This document shows, piece after piece, positions 62,912-64,000 of a stretch of 64,000 nucleotides of DNA (positions are counted from its first letter, which is position 1; the number at the start of each line of letters is the position of its first letter). The DNA comes from an uncultured Chloroflexia bacterium (GTDB taxonomy: Bacteria > Chloroflexota > UBA6077 > JACCZL01): positions 320,001-384,000 of the forward strand of contig CAVXYC010000019.1 in the NCBI GenBank assembly GCA_963765765.1, in the 5' to 3' direction. The notes below the pieces were generated by a model. It did not search any database. It was given only the letters and a program-made list of their open reading frames with translations, and was not told where the DNA came from. The position numbers and the translations under genes were made by a program.

Positions 62912-63661
62912 TTACAGATGGGCGCCGCCATCCGACGCCAGCATCTGGCCCGTCACGTAGTCTGAATCAGCGCTGGCGAAGAACACGAACGACGGCGAGA
63001 GCACCGCGGGGCCGGGCCGTAGCCCTTTCCGTGAGCGCGCTTTATCGCCGAGGGTCTGTCGGTCGAATTCATCCAGGGCATCCGTCATTCGCGTTTCGGC
63101 CACGGGCAGGATGCAGTTCACCTGAATGTTAAGCGGCAGCAGCTCTTTAGCCGAGATCTTGGTGAGCTGCAGAATACCCGCTTTCGCCGCTCCGTAATCG
63201 CTGAGACCTGGGACGGCCCTAACTCCGGCCGGTGACGTAATGTTGATGATCTTGCCGCCGTTGCCGCCCTTCATGAAGCGATTCACAATGACCTGAGTAC
63301 AGAAAAACGTGCCAAGCAGATGTGTGCGAATGGTGTCCTCGAACTCCTCCGGGCTCTTCTCCAGCAACGGCGTTAAAGCAATGCCGCCCGCGTTGTTGAC
63401 CAGGATGTCCACCGTCCCGAAAGCCTGGTCGGCAGCTGCTGCCATGCGTTCGACTTCAATGTAGCTTCCGACGTCGAAGAGGCCACCGGCGGCTTCGCCG
63501 CCCAATTCCCTGATCGACTGGATTGATTCATCGAGAGCAGCCTGATCCGACTGGCCGGTGACAAAGACCGTGGCGCCCTCACGCGCGAACTCCTCGGCCA
63601 CTGCCCGGCCAATCCCGCGGCTGCCACCGGTGATCAGCGCTACTTTGCCTTCAAGCTTCAT
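62912..63661 (-). CDS. SDR family oxidoreductase
   Basis: TGGSRGIG, LVNNAG, YGAAK. Confidence 0.95.
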   Translation of the reverse strand: MKLEGKVALITGGSRGIGRAVAEEFAREGATVFVTGQSDQAALDESIQSIRELGGEAAGGLFDVGSYIEVERMAAAADQAFGTVDILVNNAGGIALTPLLEKSPEEFEDTIRTHLLGTFFCTQVIVNRFMKGGNGGKIINITSPAGVRAVPGLSDYGAAKAGILQLTKISAKELLPLNIQVNCILPVAETRMTDALDEFDRQTLGDKARSRKGLRPGPAVLSPSFVFFASADSDYVTGQMLASDGGAHL

Positions 63662-63913
63662 ATTGTCCTCCTAGATTAGGAACGACAGTTTAATCTCGCA
63701 CGCCAGTCGCTTGCGGAGCTCGGTGTGACATTCATAAGCGACCGGTTCCGCGAAACTCATATCCCGACGCATTGGGACCAGCGAGAGCGATCCGTACCAT
63801 CAAGTCACGGCAGCCGAGCCGCACCCGCTACGCCTGGCGTGGTTGACGGCCCTCACAGACGGCGCTACTGTAGGCCCACGCACTCTACAAACGTAGCCTG
63901 GAGGCCATCGGAC

Positions 63914-64000
63914 ATGCCAGTCATCGACTCTGATGCGCACGTCATCGAGACAGAAGCCACCTGGGAATACATGACCGGGGCGGATAAGAAGTTCAAACCA
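63914..64000 (+). CDS. Amidohydrolase family protein, 5' part (runs off window)
   Basis: RBS ggagg, MPVIDSDAHVIETEATWEYM. Confidence 0.75.
   Translation, partial: MPVIDSDAHVIETEATWEYMTGADKKFKP

Noticed and set aside
1-64000. CRISPR array, tRNA or rRNA genes
   Set aside because: No regularly spaced direct repeats or recognisable stable-RNA sequences were seen; the repeats found are isolated inverted pairs

Overview
A 64-kb bacterial chromosomal window, most likely from an uncultured Chloroflexota genome. This is inferred from gene content: several phthalate-dioxygenase-like Rieske oxygenases, a Pro/Ala-linker family-5 solute-binding protein, a solitary CoxL-like molybdoenzyme, bicupins and amidohydrolases. 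Single-base indels split at least 15 genes, which is typical of an unpolished long-read assembly, so many gene models are reconstructed across frames. The left third holds aromatic/heterocycle catabolic genes, an ECF41 (SigJ) cassette with a perfect TGTCACA-N16-CGTC promoter, and an AT-richer island at about 8.85-11.13 kb. That island carries a frameshift-obscured Pycsar anti-phage system (cNMP-binding-TIR effector plus uridylate-cyclase-like PycC) next to a decayed phage tail-fibre fragment. A urease-like gamma/beta/alpha operon follows; its metal ligands are intact, its substrate pocket and flap are remodelled, and it has no adjacent accessory genes. The middle to right (29.7-56.8 kb) is a large surface-glycosylation locus: AsnB, several GT-C fold transferases, Wzx, Wzy/WaaL-like proteins, GT2, GT4s and LPG-synthase-like flippases. 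The right end has cobO and a pspC/liaF-like pair divergent from an ECF sigma/anti-sigma, with matching back-to-back TGCAAC-N17-CGTC promoters. Several REP/REPIN-type palindromic families occur between genes, and one appears to supply the N-terminus of a protein.
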